Shown here in pieces: positions 1 to 10,038 of a stretch of DNA of 64,000 nt (position 1 is the first letter of the stretch; each line of letters starts with the position of its first letter). Under the pieces are notes generated by a model. It did no database searches. It was not told where the DNA came from and saw only the letters and a list, made by a program, of their open reading frames with translations. Position numbers and translations under genes: made by a program. This stretch comes from an uncultured cyanobacterium (GTDB lineage Bacteria > Cyanobacteriota > Cyanobacteriia > Phormidesmidales > Phormidesmidaceae), in assembly GCA_963793265.1 (NCBI GenBank), contig CAWBZI010000004.1:702901-766900 (forward strand), given 5' to 3'.

Positions 1-1446
1 GCCGTTCAGCGGCGTGCGTAACTCATGGCTCATATTAGCCAAAAACTCACTCTTTGCCTGATTGGCAGTATCCGCAGCTTGTTTTGCCTTCGCTAGCGAT
101 TCAGTCCGCTCTTCAACCTTGGCCTCTAGCGTCCGTGAGTGGTCTACGAGCTGCTCATTGGCAGTCTCTAGCTGACCGTTAGCGTAGGCGAGCTGATGAT
201 TAGTGTCTTTAAGCGTTTTTTGGCGATAGGCGTTTGTGGTGAGGAGTCCGCTAACAGCAAACGCCATTAAAGGCGGCACGACCGGCACTAACAGCCCTTG
301 CAAAAAGCTACCGTAGGCTCCCAGCGCAAATAGCGCACTAACGCCAAGGCCCGTGCAAAACGCGCCGCGTAAAAAGCGAAACTGCTGGCGGCGCTGCTGC
401 CGGTCGGCAATGATCCAGCTCCCGGCAGTGCCCAGTATCGTCCAGAGCGCAATCCAGCCGTTTTGCTGAATGGCTGAAAAACTGACCAGCCCGACTCGAC
501 CGTGCAGGGCACTTTGCACAAGCTGGCTGGCAATGTTGGCATGGACAAACACGCCTGGCATCACGCGGCGACCGGAAACCTCCCAAGCGCCGCTATAGGG
601 CGTCTCAAAAAAGTCGTTAGTGCTAGGAGCCGTAGAGCCGATGAGGACAATGCGATCGCGCATCAAATCATCTTTTACCTGTCCTGCAAGTACTTCCCCC
701 ATCGACACCGACGTAAACGCCTCTATGCCCCCTCGCCAGTTAAGCAATATCTGGTAACCACCCAAATCTTCCTTAGCGTAGCCTGCCTCCTGACTACGCA
801 GCGGAGAGTACTGAGCCTTGCCAAGCTGATAGATCTGCTGATCTGGGTCAATTGCTTCTAGACTAATCCCTTCCATTGCCAGATAGGCCAGGGCTGACTG
901 CGTAGCCAGTCCTGCTTTAATGGCATCCTCAGACTGTTCATCTTTAGCCGTCAGCAGGCCGCGACGAATTTTGCGGTCGGCATCTAGCACCAAATCTGCA
1001 ATGCCCACTTGCCCCAATTCTGCCAGCGCAGGTGGCGGATCGACCCGGTTACCTGTAATTTTCTCGATACCGATTAGAGTAGGTGTAGACTGAAAAACTT
1101 CGACAAGCTGGTCGTAGCCAGGCTCTTCAGGCAGGTCGCGGTACATATCTAGCCCGATCGCCCGAGGCTCCTGCGCAGCAATCTTAGTAAGTAAGTCCGC
1201 CAGAATATTGTCAGGAATCGGCCAGTCTTTAGCGGCTTTAATGTCTATTTCATCAATAGTGACCACCACAATCGTCGGATCTACGGTTTCTGTAGGACGC
1301 AAGCGAAAGAAGCTGTCTCTCACTTCCCACTCTAAGAGGTTAAAGACGCCCAGATAGTTACCTGCGATCGCAACCATCGTAACGGTCGGCGCAATCACCA
1401 GCGCACTTCGCGTTTGTCGCAGAAAGGTTTTGAGGGTTAACCACAT
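1..1446 (-). CDS. CHASE2-domain sensor histidine kinase (5' part; runs off left edge)
   Basis: Manual translation from ATG 1446 (not in ORF track): [72 protein letters not shown] (CHASE2), TM helices, coiled coil, then [19 protein letters not shown] (HisKA H-box) ending at base 1. Confidence 0.92.
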   Translation of the reverse strand, partial: MWLTLKTFLRQTRSALVIAPTVTMVAIAGNYLGVFNLLEWEVRDSFFRLRPTETVDPTIVVVTIDEIDIKAAKDWPIPDNILADLLTKIAAQEPRAIGLDMYRDLPEEPGYDQLVEVFQSTPTLIGIEKITGNRVDPPPALAELGQVGIADLVLDADRKIRRGLLTAKDEQSEDAIKAGLATQSALAYLAMEGISLEAIDPDQQIYQLGKAQYSPLRSQEAGYAKEDLGGYQILLNWRGGIEAFTSVSMGEVLAGQVKDDLMRDRIVLIGSTAPSTNDFFETPYSGAWEVSGRRVMPGVFVHANIASQLVQSALHGRVGLVSFSAIQQNGWIALWTILGTAGSWIIADRQQRRQQFRFLRGAFCTGLGVSALFALGAYGSFLQGLLVPVVPPLMAFAVSGLLTTNAYRQKTLKDTNHQLAYANGQLETANEQLVDHSRTLEAKVEERTESLAKAKQAADTANQAKSEFLANMSHELRTPLNG

Positions 1447-1577
1447 GAACGGCTGATAAATAGCGCCCAAGACGTGCCTAGTTTCACCTAGATAAATCTG
1501 GGAAAGTCTTTGTAAAGTCTCTATGCGCTAGCATTCCCGAACGGCGCTATGTAGTGAAGATGCGGTGAAGAACCTCG

Positions 1578-2558
1578 TTAATCAGCGGTGTAATATTCGT
1601 GGCTTATAAAAGGTAGGGCTACCGCTTGTGCACTAACGCGATCGCCCGCCCCAGTCTCAACTTCTACCGCTAGCCCTTCACCCCCCGCCTTAGTCCGCAA
1701 ATATCCCAGCCCCAGCGCACCTTCTTCAGCGCTGGTCACGCTAGAAACCTTACCAACTTTCGCATCCTCTACAAAAATCTCAGCCTCTGGCGAAACCGGC
1801 TCCGAGAGCTTAAGACCCCATAAACGCTTTTTCACGCCTTTATAGGTATTGAGCCGAGCAATCGTCTCCTGGCCGATATAGCAACCCTTTTCAAACGAAA
1901 TGCTATGCCACAGGCCCGCTTCTAACGGATTGTCATCATCTGTAAGCTCACGAGCCGCCGCCGGTCGGCCCTGCTGAATGCGCAGTGTCTCCCATTCTTC
2001 AGCCGTTGCCATGCGCGCGCCTGCCGCCAAAATTATCTGTTTGACTGCCTCAGAGTGTTCTTTCGGCCCTGACAAGGTATAGCCCTCAATCGCCAGGTCA
2101 CTCCCGACAGCAATCTCAATTTCTCCTATACCTGCCAGCGATATAGTTTGGTGTGTAAAAGCAGGCTTACCGACAAGTTCAGCAGCACCTATCTGTTGTA
2201 AAACAGCATCAGCCCCTTCGCCTAGTACCGTAAACAAAAAGGTTTGCTCACTCTCATCAGTTAACGTCACTTTATCCGAAAAAAAGATATAGCGATCCAT
2301 CCAGTCGTATAGCTGCTTTGCCATTCCAGGCGAAACAACAACCAGCAGAGAATCTTCAAAAGCGTAGACAGTGGCTAGATCTATGGTGCGCCCAGTAGAA
2401 GTGACAAATACGGTATAGCAGCCTTCACCTGTAGCCAGCCGCTCAATATTGTTGGTGGTTTGGTTGTGTAGAAAACGCACGCGGTCTGCGCCTGTAAGCC
2501 GAATACGACCCCAGTGACTACGATCAAAAAGAGCTGGGTAGGTGTTTGTATTATCCAT
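1578..2558 (-). CDS. ygfZ: Folate-binding protein YgfZ (GcvT/aminomethyltransferase family)
   Basis: Signature KGCYIGQETIAR; GADRVRFLHNQTTN. ATG 2558 chosen because the track start at 2594 overlaps the P450. Confidence 0.9.
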   Translation of the reverse strand: MDNTNTYPALFDRSHWGRIRLTGADRVRFLHNQTTNNIERLATGEGCYTVFVTSTGRTIDLATVYAFEDSLLVVVSPGMAKQLYDWMDRYIFFSDKVTLTDESEQTFLFTVLGEGADAVLQQIGAAELVGKPAFTHQTISLAGIGEIEIAVGSDLAIEGYTLSGPKEHSEAVKQIILAAGARMATAEEWETLRIQQGRPAAARELTDDDNPLEAGLWHSISFEKGCYIGQETIARLNTYKGVKKRLWGLKLSEPVSPEAEIFVEDAKVGKVSSVTSAEEGALGLGYLRTKAGGEGLAVEVETGAGDRVSAQAVALPFISHEYYTAD

Positions 2559-2574
2559 ATCTGGTATCGGGGGC

Positions 2575-3963
2575 TTAGTGTCGGGGGCCTTCAAAAATCA
2601 TTGGAACGCCTTTGGCAGGGGCAAGCGTGACGCCGCGCCGTTTGGCAACTTCGGGCTGGTCGGTAGCTAGGCAAAATCGGTAGTGAGAGAGTAGGGTGGC
2701 GACGACAAGCTTCAGTTCGTACTGGGCGAGCGCTGCGCCGACGCATCTTCTGGCACCGTTGCCGAAGGGAATGAACTCGTAGGGAGAGAATTTATTTTCG
2801 AGAAAGCGTTCGGGGCGGAAGGCTTTAGGCTCGGGGTAAAGGTCTTCACGCTGATGGGTGAGGAAAATGCACCCGAGAAAGGTGGTGCCGGGGGCGAAGG
2901 TGCGACCCATCAGGTGAATTGTTTCTTGGGCAACGCGGGGAAAGGTGAACATGGCAACGGGCGATCGCCTCAAAGTTTCCTGGCACACGGCCCCCAAGTA
3001 AGGAAGCTGAGAAATCTCTGTAGGCAATGCCTCAGCCGGTAGCGTATTCAGCTCTGCCAGCAGCTTTTCTTTCACCCCAGGCGCTTTGTGAATCCAGTAC
3101 ATTGCCCAGGCGATCGCGGTGGCGGTTGTCTCATGCCCAGCCATCAGCAGCGCCATCAGCTCATCTCGCAGCTCCTCTTCTTCAAGCGCTTCACCGTCCT
3201 CAGTACGAGCGGCCATCAGCATGGAGAGAATATCAGTGCGGGTTGGGTCGTGGGTGGCTTTGCGATCGCGAATCTCATCATAAATCAGCGCATCTAGCTT
3301 ATCTCTAAGCCGTACAAACTTTCCCCAAGGGCTCCAAGCGCCTAAGTCTTTTTGAAGCTGACCAAAAAACAGCATCAGCGCAGCAGTCGGCGAGCCAAAG
3401 CGATCCACCGTCTCAGTTAGCACGCGCATAATTTCTTTTGAGCGCGGGCCGTCGCTTAAACCAAAAACAACCTTGGAGATAATCTGTAAAGAGACTTTTT
3501 GGGTAAGATTTCGTGCTAAGAAGGCTTCGCCTGGCTGAAGCTGGTCAAGATTTTCTTTGGTGAGCTGGCAAATAAGCTGGCCGTAAACGTCGATGCGATC
3601 GCCGTGAAAAGCCGGGGTGATAAGCTGACGGCGCTCTTTATGGCGATCGCCGCTGAGCATGATGACAGAAGCGTTACCAATCAGCGGTGCGAGCAGGCGG
3701 TTGAACTCGCCGGGCGACTGGAAGGTTTTGCGATCGCGGCTCAAAATGAACTGCATTGCTTCAGGGCTGCTGGTAATCACCGTGGGGCCGACGCCAAAGC
3801 CTAGCGAATCTTCTTCAAAGAAGTCTGGTGTCTTTTCCTTTGTTCTCTCTAGATAGTTAACCGGATCGAGAATCCATTCAAAGCGCCGAATTAAGCTAAG
3901 CCCTTCGGGTTTTTCGAGCGGCGTTTCGGCAGCCGCACTTTCGAGGGTGCTTGATTTGACCAT
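2575..3963 (-). CDS. Cytochrome P450 (CYP110-like)
   Basis: AGHETT I-helix, ETLR K-helix, PERF, FGNGARRCVG heme-Cys motif. Confidence 0.95.
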   Translation of the reverse strand: MVKSSTLESAAAETPLEKPEGLSLIRRFEWILDPVNYLERTKEKTPDFFEEDSLGFGVGPTVITSSPEAMQFILSRDRKTFQSPGEFNRLLAPLIGNASVIMLSGDRHKERRQLITPAFHGDRIDVYGQLICQLTKENLDQLQPGEAFLARNLTQKVSLQIISKVVFGLSDGPRSKEIMRVLTETVDRFGSPTAALMLFFGQLQKDLGAWSPWGKFVRLRDKLDALIYDEIRDRKATHDPTRTDILSMLMAARTEDGEALEEEELRDELMALLMAGHETTATAIAWAMYWIHKAPGVKEKLLAELNTLPAEALPTEISQLPYLGAVCQETLRRSPVAMFTFPRVAQETIHLMGRTFAPGTTFLGCIFLTHQREDLYPEPKAFRPERFLENKFSPYEFIPFGNGARRCVGAALAQYELKLVVATLLSHYRFCLATDQPEVAKRRGVTLAPAKGVPMIFEGPRH

Positions 3964-4038
3964 GGTTTTACGAGTAGTGGCAACGACTATTCACTATTTT
4001 GACGCATCGTCTGGATTCTTGACGAGGCGGCTAAGGAA

Positions 4039-4635
4039 CTACTTACAGTCGCGATTTTCTTCACTGCCATCAGGCATCGTCGTATGGCATAAAATCGCCC
4101 GACTGCGATTAACCCCACGCAAGTTCGCGCCTGTGAGATCTGCGCCACTAAGGTTAGCAACACCGATAATGGCCGCTGTTAGTTCAGTATTAATTAGCTT
4201 CGCGTCAGTCAGGTTGGCATCTAGCAAATTAGCCTGGGTCAAAATCGCGCCGCTTAAGTCGGCTCTTGTCAGATTGGCATCTTTGAGCTGTGCGCCATTC
4301 ATCTCTGCGCCTGTGAGATTCGCATTCGTCAAATTAGCGTCAACGAGTTCAGAGAGCATCAGATTGGTTTCACTCAAATCAGCGCCTGTTAGGTTCGCAC
4401 CGGTTAGAGAAGCGACCTTTAGATTAGCCATATGAAGCTGAGCGTTGCTCAAATCAGCGTCGTTGAGAATGCACACAGGGCACTCGTTGTTATCAAACAG
4501 CATATCTACGTCGTCTTGAATAAAAGCCCAGCTAGGGGCGGCAAAGCTGAGCAGTGCGGCCAGCGATACGCTTAGCGAAAGGCAAACGGCGACTAAAAGT
4601 GAGGCGATTTTTGGAGTTTTTATGCTGCTTTTCAT
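4039..4635 (-). CDS. Exported pentapeptide-repeat protein
   Basis: Signal peptide, CPVC, A(D/N)LXX repeats, C-terminal LCHTTMPDGSEENRDC. Confidence 0.9.
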   Translation of the reverse strand: MKSSIKTPKIASLLVAVCLSLSVSLAALLSFAAPSWAFIQDDVDMLFDNNECPVCILNDADLSNAQLHMANLKVASLTGANLTGADLSETNLMLSELVDANLTNANLTGAEMNGAQLKDANLTRADLSGAILTQANLLDANLTDAKLINTELTAAIIGVANLSGADLTGANLRGVNRSRAILCHTTMPDGSEENRDCK

Positions 4636-4721
4636 AACCTATTTGGGCTAGTAGTCCATCGAATAACGGTTTATATTGTCCCACACCATCTATGGATTAC
4701 TAATGGATTAGGATTGCGCTA

Positions 4722-5432
4722 GTGCAGCCGCAGGAGAATAGTGTGTTTGGTTTTCAGTCGCGATCGGTTGTGCTTTGTTTGATTTTGGGCGGGCTGCTGC
4801 TAGCGCTGTATGCGAGCGATCCGGCCTGGCAATCAACGGCGGAAGTGCTGCGCAACGGTGTGGTGCTGACCTGGATGATAAGCCTGGTTAATATTGTGCT
4901 GCCAGGTCACGGGCTCGGTAAGGTGTTTGGCATTCGGCCTCGACATCTGATCGGCCTTTTGGGCGTCGTGTTTTCGCCTCTGCTACATCGAGACTTAAGC
5001 CATCTAATTGCGAATACGGTGCCTTTTTTAGTGCTGGGCTGGCTGGTTTTGCTGCAAGGTGAGATTCAGGGCGGCACTGATTTCTATACGATTACAGCAA
5101 CTATTTTACTGATTGGCGGATTGGGAACTTGGCTGTTTGGTCGCGAGGCGATCCATTTGGGCGCAAGCGGGCTGATCTTTGGCTATATCGGCTTTTTGCT
5201 GGCGGGTGCGTATGTGGGGCCGACGCTGCTGACGCTGGGGCTAGCAGCGGTGGTCTTTTGGATCTACGGTGCGCAGCTATGGGGCATGATGCCAAGCTCT
5301 AGTGAGGATAGGGTGTCTTGGGAGGGGCATTTATTTGGCTTTGCGGGTGGGGTAGTGGCAGGAGTACGGCCTGATTTTTTGGCTGAGGTGGTGATGCGGA
5401 TAGGCGATCGCCTCGCACCTCTATTACAGTGA
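4722..5432 (+). CDS. Rhomboid-family intramembrane serine protease
   Basis: Multi-TM; HLIAN, HLGASG (catalytic Ser), SWEGHLFG (catalytic His). Confidence 0.88.
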   Translation: MQPQENSVFGFQSRSVVLCLILGGLLLALYASDPAWQSTAEVLRNGVVLTWMISLVNIVLPGHGLGKVFGIRPRHLIGLLGVVFSPLLHRDLSHLIANTVPFLVLGWLVLLQGEIQGGTDFYTITATILLIGGLGTWLFGREAIHLGASGLIFGYIGFLLAGAYVGPTLLTLGLAAVVFWIYGAQLWGMMPSSSEDRVSWEGHLFGFAGGVVAGVRPDFLAEVVMRIGDRLAPLLQ

Positions 5433-5589
5433 GACTACAGTGAGACACGTTTGCCGTAAGACAGATTCAATAGCAACTGGCACAGTCAGACCTGCCAAAA
5501 CACCGCCATCGCGGGATATTTTTAGGATATAGGGCAACTATCAGTTCGATGCAATTGCTAAACCGTGTTTTTCCACAAGGAATGTTGCT

Positions 5590-6222
5590 ATGAAACCTTT
5601 ATTACTAGGCGGGCTCTCGGCGCTGTTGGTCGTGGGCTCGGGGCCTTTGTCTGCGAATGCGCAGGTATTTTCGTCTCAGCGATCGCCTAATCAAACACCC
5701 AATCAAAATCCAACGACTCAGCCTGCTCAAAACAATAGAAGACCTGCTTCAGGCGTGGCTCAGGGCACATCGGCATTAAGAACGACGCTGGAGCAGGAAG
5801 ATACGCTCTATCTCAACAAAGACAAAACGTATAGCTACGACCTTGTGCTGCGCAGCGAATCGGCGGTTGGCGGTCAGCGGCTCCCTGTCGGGACGATTGT
5901 GCGCGGTCGCTTTGAGCCTGCTGAGGGCGGGCTGGTGTATGTGGCTGACTCAATAGAGGTGGCCGATCGGATTATTAGAGTGAATGTGGCTTCTGAGCTG
6001 TTGCGCGATCGCAAAGACCCCAGACAAACCTCTACCGGCGCAATCGCGACTGACGCAGCCATTGGCGCAGCAGGCGGCTATGTGCTTGGCGAGGTGCTCG
6101 GTGATGCGAGCGTGTGGGAAGTTGTCGGCGGCGCAGCGGCGGGCGTACTTGTCGGTAATACGACCGCGCCTTCTGTCGTCGTGGTGCGGCCCGAGGACGA
6201 AATCATACTGTACTCAAACTGA
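5590..6222 (+). CDS. Exported hypothetical protein with C-terminal glycine-zipper-like hairpin
   Basis: Signal peptide ending ANA-Q, Q/N/P linker, DAAIGAAGGYVLG..VVGGAAAGVLVG. Confidence 0.7.
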   Translation: MKPLLLGGLSALLVVGSGPLSANAQVFSSQRSPNQTPNQNPTTQPAQNNRRPASGVAQGTSALRTTLEQEDTLYLNKDKTYSYDLVLRSESAVGGQRLPVGTIVRGRFEPAEGGLVYVADSIEVADRIIRVNVASELLRDRKDPRQTSTGAIATDAAIGAAGGYVLGEVLGDASVWEVVGGAAAGVLVGNTTAPSVVVVRPEDEIILYSN

Positions 6223-6239
6223 CATTAGCTGAGCGCTGT

Positions 6240-7832
6240 TCAGCTAAACATCCGCTTAAAAAAACGTGAAAGCAAGCCTTCCGGCATCGGCTGCTCTGGA
6301 ACGGCTTGCTCCAGCGGCGACCACGTGGGTACGGGCTCTGACTGCTTCGGGTCTGGCAGTTCTAGTGAGGATAGCTCTAGGGCGGGCTGAGCTGACTTTG
6401 AAGGGAAAGGCTCTAACTCTAGTCGCTCTGCATCCTCCGAAGGCGCTAAGGGGTCTAGCTCTAAATGCTCCGAAGACTCTAAGGTCGGCTCCGAAGGCGC
6501 TAGGGTTGAAGCCGATGGTGCTAGCGATGCGGACAATCCTGCTGAAGCAGTAGCCACCGACTCTATAGCCTTTTGCGCTGGCTTAAAATCGGGATCAAGC
6601 GAGAGTGCTTTTTCATAGCGCGCGCGCGCGCTTTGTGGGTCATGCTGCTGGTCGTGAGCCGTACCTAGATAGTAGTGGAACGCTGCAGTTTCAGGCTTGA
6701 GATCTATTGCCTGCTGATATAGCTCTGCGGCAGCGGTGATATTGCCCTGCTGCTGTGCAATTTGACCGAGCTTAAAGCGAGCTGTCGGTAGCTCTGGATT
6801 GATGCTGACGGCGGCGTTGTAGGCAGTGGCCGCGTCTTCTAGCTGGCCTAGCGCTAAGTAGCTATCGCCTAAAGCGACGCGAAAGGCTGGGTTTTTAGGA
6901 TTGAGAGCAGCTGCCTGTTCAAACCAATTAGTTGCGGCTTTGTGATCTTTTTGCTGCTGGGCAATGCGGCCTAGCTTAAGGCGCAGCCAAGGAGCCTTTG
7001 AGCCTAATTCAGCCGCTTTCTGATAGCTATCACCTGCTAGAGCAAGCTCTTTTTGCGCAAACTGGACTTCACCTAAAAACTGATAGGATTTGAAGTCATC
7101 TGGACTGAGGGCGATCGCGCGCTCAAAATGAGAAACCGCTTCCTGCCAGTGCTTTTGCAGTTGGGCAATGCGACCCAGCTTGAAGTGAGGGTTTGGGAGC
7201 TGGTCGTTGAGGGCGATCGCTGCTCTATAAGCCTTTTGGGCTTCGGTAAACTGACTTTGTGCGAAGTAGGCTTCAGCTAAAGCCATATGAAAAGGAGCGT
7301 TTTGGTCATTAAGTGCGATCGCCTGTTGAAAATAATCGATTGCCTTCTCAAAATCTTCTTGAGCTTGAGCGATACGGCCCAGCCTAAAACGCGGCCCGAC
7401 GCCTAGATTTCCTAACTTAATAGCCTTCTTGTAATAAGGCTCAGCCCGATCAAACTGCTTTTGATTAAAGAAAACATCGCCGAGCGCCTGATGTGGTTTG
7501 AAGTCTTGAGGATCTAGCTGAGCGGCATACTCATAGTGAGCAATGGCCTCTTCTGTTTGCCCATGAAGATCGGCAATGCGGCCCAGCCGAAAGTAGGTGA
7601 GCGGCGTGTCAGGGCTGAGCTTTACAGAGTCGGTATAGCTACTTTTAGCAAGCGCATAGTTTTTCTGCGTAAAGTAGATATCGCCGAGTGATAGCTGCGC
7701 TGCTACGTTGCTAGAATCTAGCGATAGCACGTGCTGGTATAGCGATACTGCACGCTCCACCTGGCCGTCTCTTTTAGCCCTTTGCGCCTGACGCAGGTAG
7801 TCTGCAACCGTTTCGCCTGTAACTGATCTCAT
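6240..7832 (-). CDS. Stand-alone TPR protein (~12 TPRs) with P/E/S-rich tail and amphipathic C-terminus
   Basis: Repeated 34-aa TPR units (A..Y..AI.L.P..LG); ATG 7832 preferred over TTG 7853. Confidence 0.88.
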   Translation of the reverse strand: MRSVTGETVADYLRQAQRAKRDGQVERAVSLYQHVLSLDSSNVAAQLSLGDIYFTQKNYALAKSSYTDSVKLSPDTPLTYFRLGRIADLHGQTEEAIAHYEYAAQLDPQDFKPHQALGDVFFNQKQFDRAEPYYKKAIKLGNLGVGPRFRLGRIAQAQEDFEKAIDYFQQAIALNDQNAPFHMALAEAYFAQSQFTEAQKAYRAAIALNDQLPNPHFKLGRIAQLQKHWQEAVSHFERAIALSPDDFKSYQFLGEVQFAQKELALAGDSYQKAAELGSKAPWLRLKLGRIAQQQKDHKAATNWFEQAAALNPKNPAFRVALGDSYLALGQLEDAATAYNAAVSINPELPTARFKLGQIAQQQGNITAAAELYQQAIDLKPETAAFHYYLGTAHDQQHDPQSARARYEKALSLDPDFKPAQKAIESVATASAGLSASLAPSASTLAPSEPTLESSEHLELDPLAPSEDAERLELEPFPSKSAQPALELSSLELPDPKQSEPVPTWSPLEQAVPEQPMPEGLLSRFFKRMFS

Positions 7833-7909
7833 AGCGCTCCGTTTCTTTATCAACTGAACTTTTTATGTGATGCCGTTCCCTTATACTCAAAAGCCTTAGG
7901 CCAAAAGCC

Positions 7910-8995
7910 TCAGGCAGACAGCGTAGCGTCTAGCGCTATTCGAGCAGGCTTAAAGCTGGGGTTCAGCGACAGCGCTTTTTCATAGCTGGCCCTGGCACTT
8001 TCTATCTCTTTTTGCTGAGCCTGAACGGTACCTAGATGATAGTAAAACTGTGAATTCTCAGGGCTTAAGGCGATCGCGTCTTGAAAGTAGCTAGTAGCAG
8101 CTTCGTAGCTTTTTTGCTGCTGAGCGATGCGTCCAAGCTTAAATCGCACCCAGGGAGCCTGGCTATTTAGGGCAATAGCTTTGCGGTAATTTTCAGCGGC
8201 AGGCGCGAAGTCCTTTTGAGCAAACTGAACTTCACCCAAAAATTGGTAGGGCCTGGCATCTTCTTGGTTAAGAGTGATCGCGCGCTCGAAAGCGGTCACC
8301 GCTTTTTCCCACTGCTGCTGTTTTTGGGCTGTCTGGCCTAGCTGAAAGTGTGCATTCTGTAGGCGACTATCAATAGCCAGCGCAGCTTCGTAAGCACTCC
8401 CAGCCTCTTCTAATCGATCTTGGGCGAAATAGACATTTCCCAATGCAACGTGGAAGCTTGGATTTTTGGGATTGAGGGCGATCGCCTCTTGGAAGTAGCC
8501 AATAGCGGCTTCATGCTCTCGCTGTCTTTGAGCAATCTGGCCTAGCCCAAACCGTACCCAGGGAGCGCGGCTACCCAGTTCAACCGCCTTTTTGTAGGCT
8601 GATTCAGCAGCAGCAATTTCCCCCTGTAGGAACCTGACGCGGCCTAGAAACTGATAGGGATTGAAGTCTGCTGGATCTATGCGGATAGCGCATTCGTAGG
8701 AAGAGGCGGCATCGTCCCACCGCTTTTCAATTTCAGCAATGCGTCCGAGCTGAAAATGAGGCGCTGCTTGATTCGGATCGATGGTGGCTGCCTGAATATA
8801 TTGGTTTGCCGCCTGGCTATAGTCTTTTTGCTTAAAGTAAATAGCGCCGATTGCCTTGTGAGCATCCGTATTTCTAGAATCTTGCTCTAACGCTTGATAG
8901 TAAAGTCTCAGGGCTTCGTCTGTGTGGCCTTCCTGCTGAGATTTGTGAGCCTGTTGCAAACAGTCTGATACTGTTTCAAAGTAATTTGATTCCAT
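7910..8995 (-). CDS. Stand-alone TPR protein (~10 TPRs), paralog of the downstream gene
   Basis: TPR repeats; shares YQFLGEVQFAQK, LNPKNP and ARAxYEKALSL segments with 6240..7832; GGAGG RBS upstream. Confidence 0.9.
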   Translation of the reverse strand: MESNYFETVSDCLQQAHKSQQEGHTDEALRLYYQALEQDSRNTDAHKAIGAIYFKQKDYSQAANQYIQAATIDPNQAAPHFQLGRIAEIEKRWDDAASSYECAIRIDPADFNPYQFLGRVRFLQGEIAAAESAYKKAVELGSRAPWVRFGLGQIAQRQREHEAAIGYFQEAIALNPKNPSFHVALGNVYFAQDRLEEAGSAYEAALAIDSRLQNAHFQLGQTAQKQQQWEKAVTAFERAITLNQEDARPYQFLGEVQFAQKDFAPAAENYRKAIALNSQAPWVRFKLGRIAQQQKSYEAATSYFQDAIALSPENSQFYYHLGTVQAQQKEIESARASYEKALSLNPSFKPARIALDATLSA

Positions 8996-10038
8996 TTGGC
9001 CTAATGCCTCCTAATCGCTTGCAACCTTAGATAAAAGCGAACGTCTACGCTAATGTATATTCCACTACTCTTGCCGTTTTCAGTGTGTTTACACGCGACA
9101 TATGAGCAAGTCAACTTATAGCACGCTCGTTGGATGAAGAGATGTTGATTGTGGACACTTCTTTTTTGAAAAGTAGTCCTTGCGCTAGTTGCTATTATCT
9201 AGCTCACGACGAATGGCCTCTAGCTCTTCGTCTATGCCTTGCTCAGGCTGATGAGGCGTTTTGGATTGGGTGCGATCGCGCGCTGTCCTCCCAGCATTTC
9301 CATCGAGTTCTTTGCCAGTTAGTCGCAGCTAGCTCAGATAGGCTAGCCCCGGTAAGCCGAGTAGAAGCGCGATCGCGATAGGTTGAAATTTAGAACAAAG
9401 GGTTCTTCTTTATCACCGGGCACCGCGATACAAATACCCAGTGCTACCCAAGGTGCTCATAGCATAGCTATGAGCACTACTAGCCTGTAGTCATAAAGCA
9501 GCGTGTAGATGTCCTGTAGGGTCATGATAGATCGAAGCCATAGATATTAGCGCAAGCCGCTTGCTGAGTATTGTATGTCAGTGAGTATCGAACGAGCGGT
9601 ATAGCCCGTGGGTGCTATCTAACACGCTGCCGAGGCTAGATCGCAGGTTGTAAAAAGTTTGTTTTTAGCGATCGGGACGTTTTCTATGTTTGTTTTGTAA
9701 TTGTTGTACAAAGTTTTTATTTCTCTTCCGTTTCACCTACTTTCTTGCTCGTTCTTTGCAAGATTAAGTCTACATAAAGTCGTCTTCAAGTTCGTCTAAA
9801 TATCGGATAACTCTGTTTTATTGCGATAGACTACTCAGGGCTGCAAAACCACGATCTACCAAAAGTAAACTCGATTCTGTAGATAGTCACAAATCGTTGT
9901 TCTCAGATAAAACCATCTCGGCCAAAGTCTTAAAGTCTCTCGCTCGAATCTCCTTTTTATGATTTTCTTTCAAATCGAAGGAAGAGAGAATCACGCTGAC
10001 AATTTCTTTATACATCTATTACATAATTTCTATCATCC

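Noticed and set aside
288..861. Short ORFs 288..548, 338..586 and 502..861
   Set aside because: Shadow frames of the CHASE2 kinase, which the track misses because its stop lies outside the window
2558..2594. P450-ygfZ overlap as a functional coupling
   Set aside because: Overlap disappears with the more plausible ygfZ start at 2558; no other evidence of a shared pathway
5424..5447. Short direct repeats (TACAGTGAGAC x2 here; also near 45355-45382 and 45518-45540)
   Set aside because: Two-copy micro-duplications consistent with slippage; no supporting context
9130..9381. 83-aa ORF in the long intergenic region
   Set aside because: TTG start, no RBS, no recognisable motif
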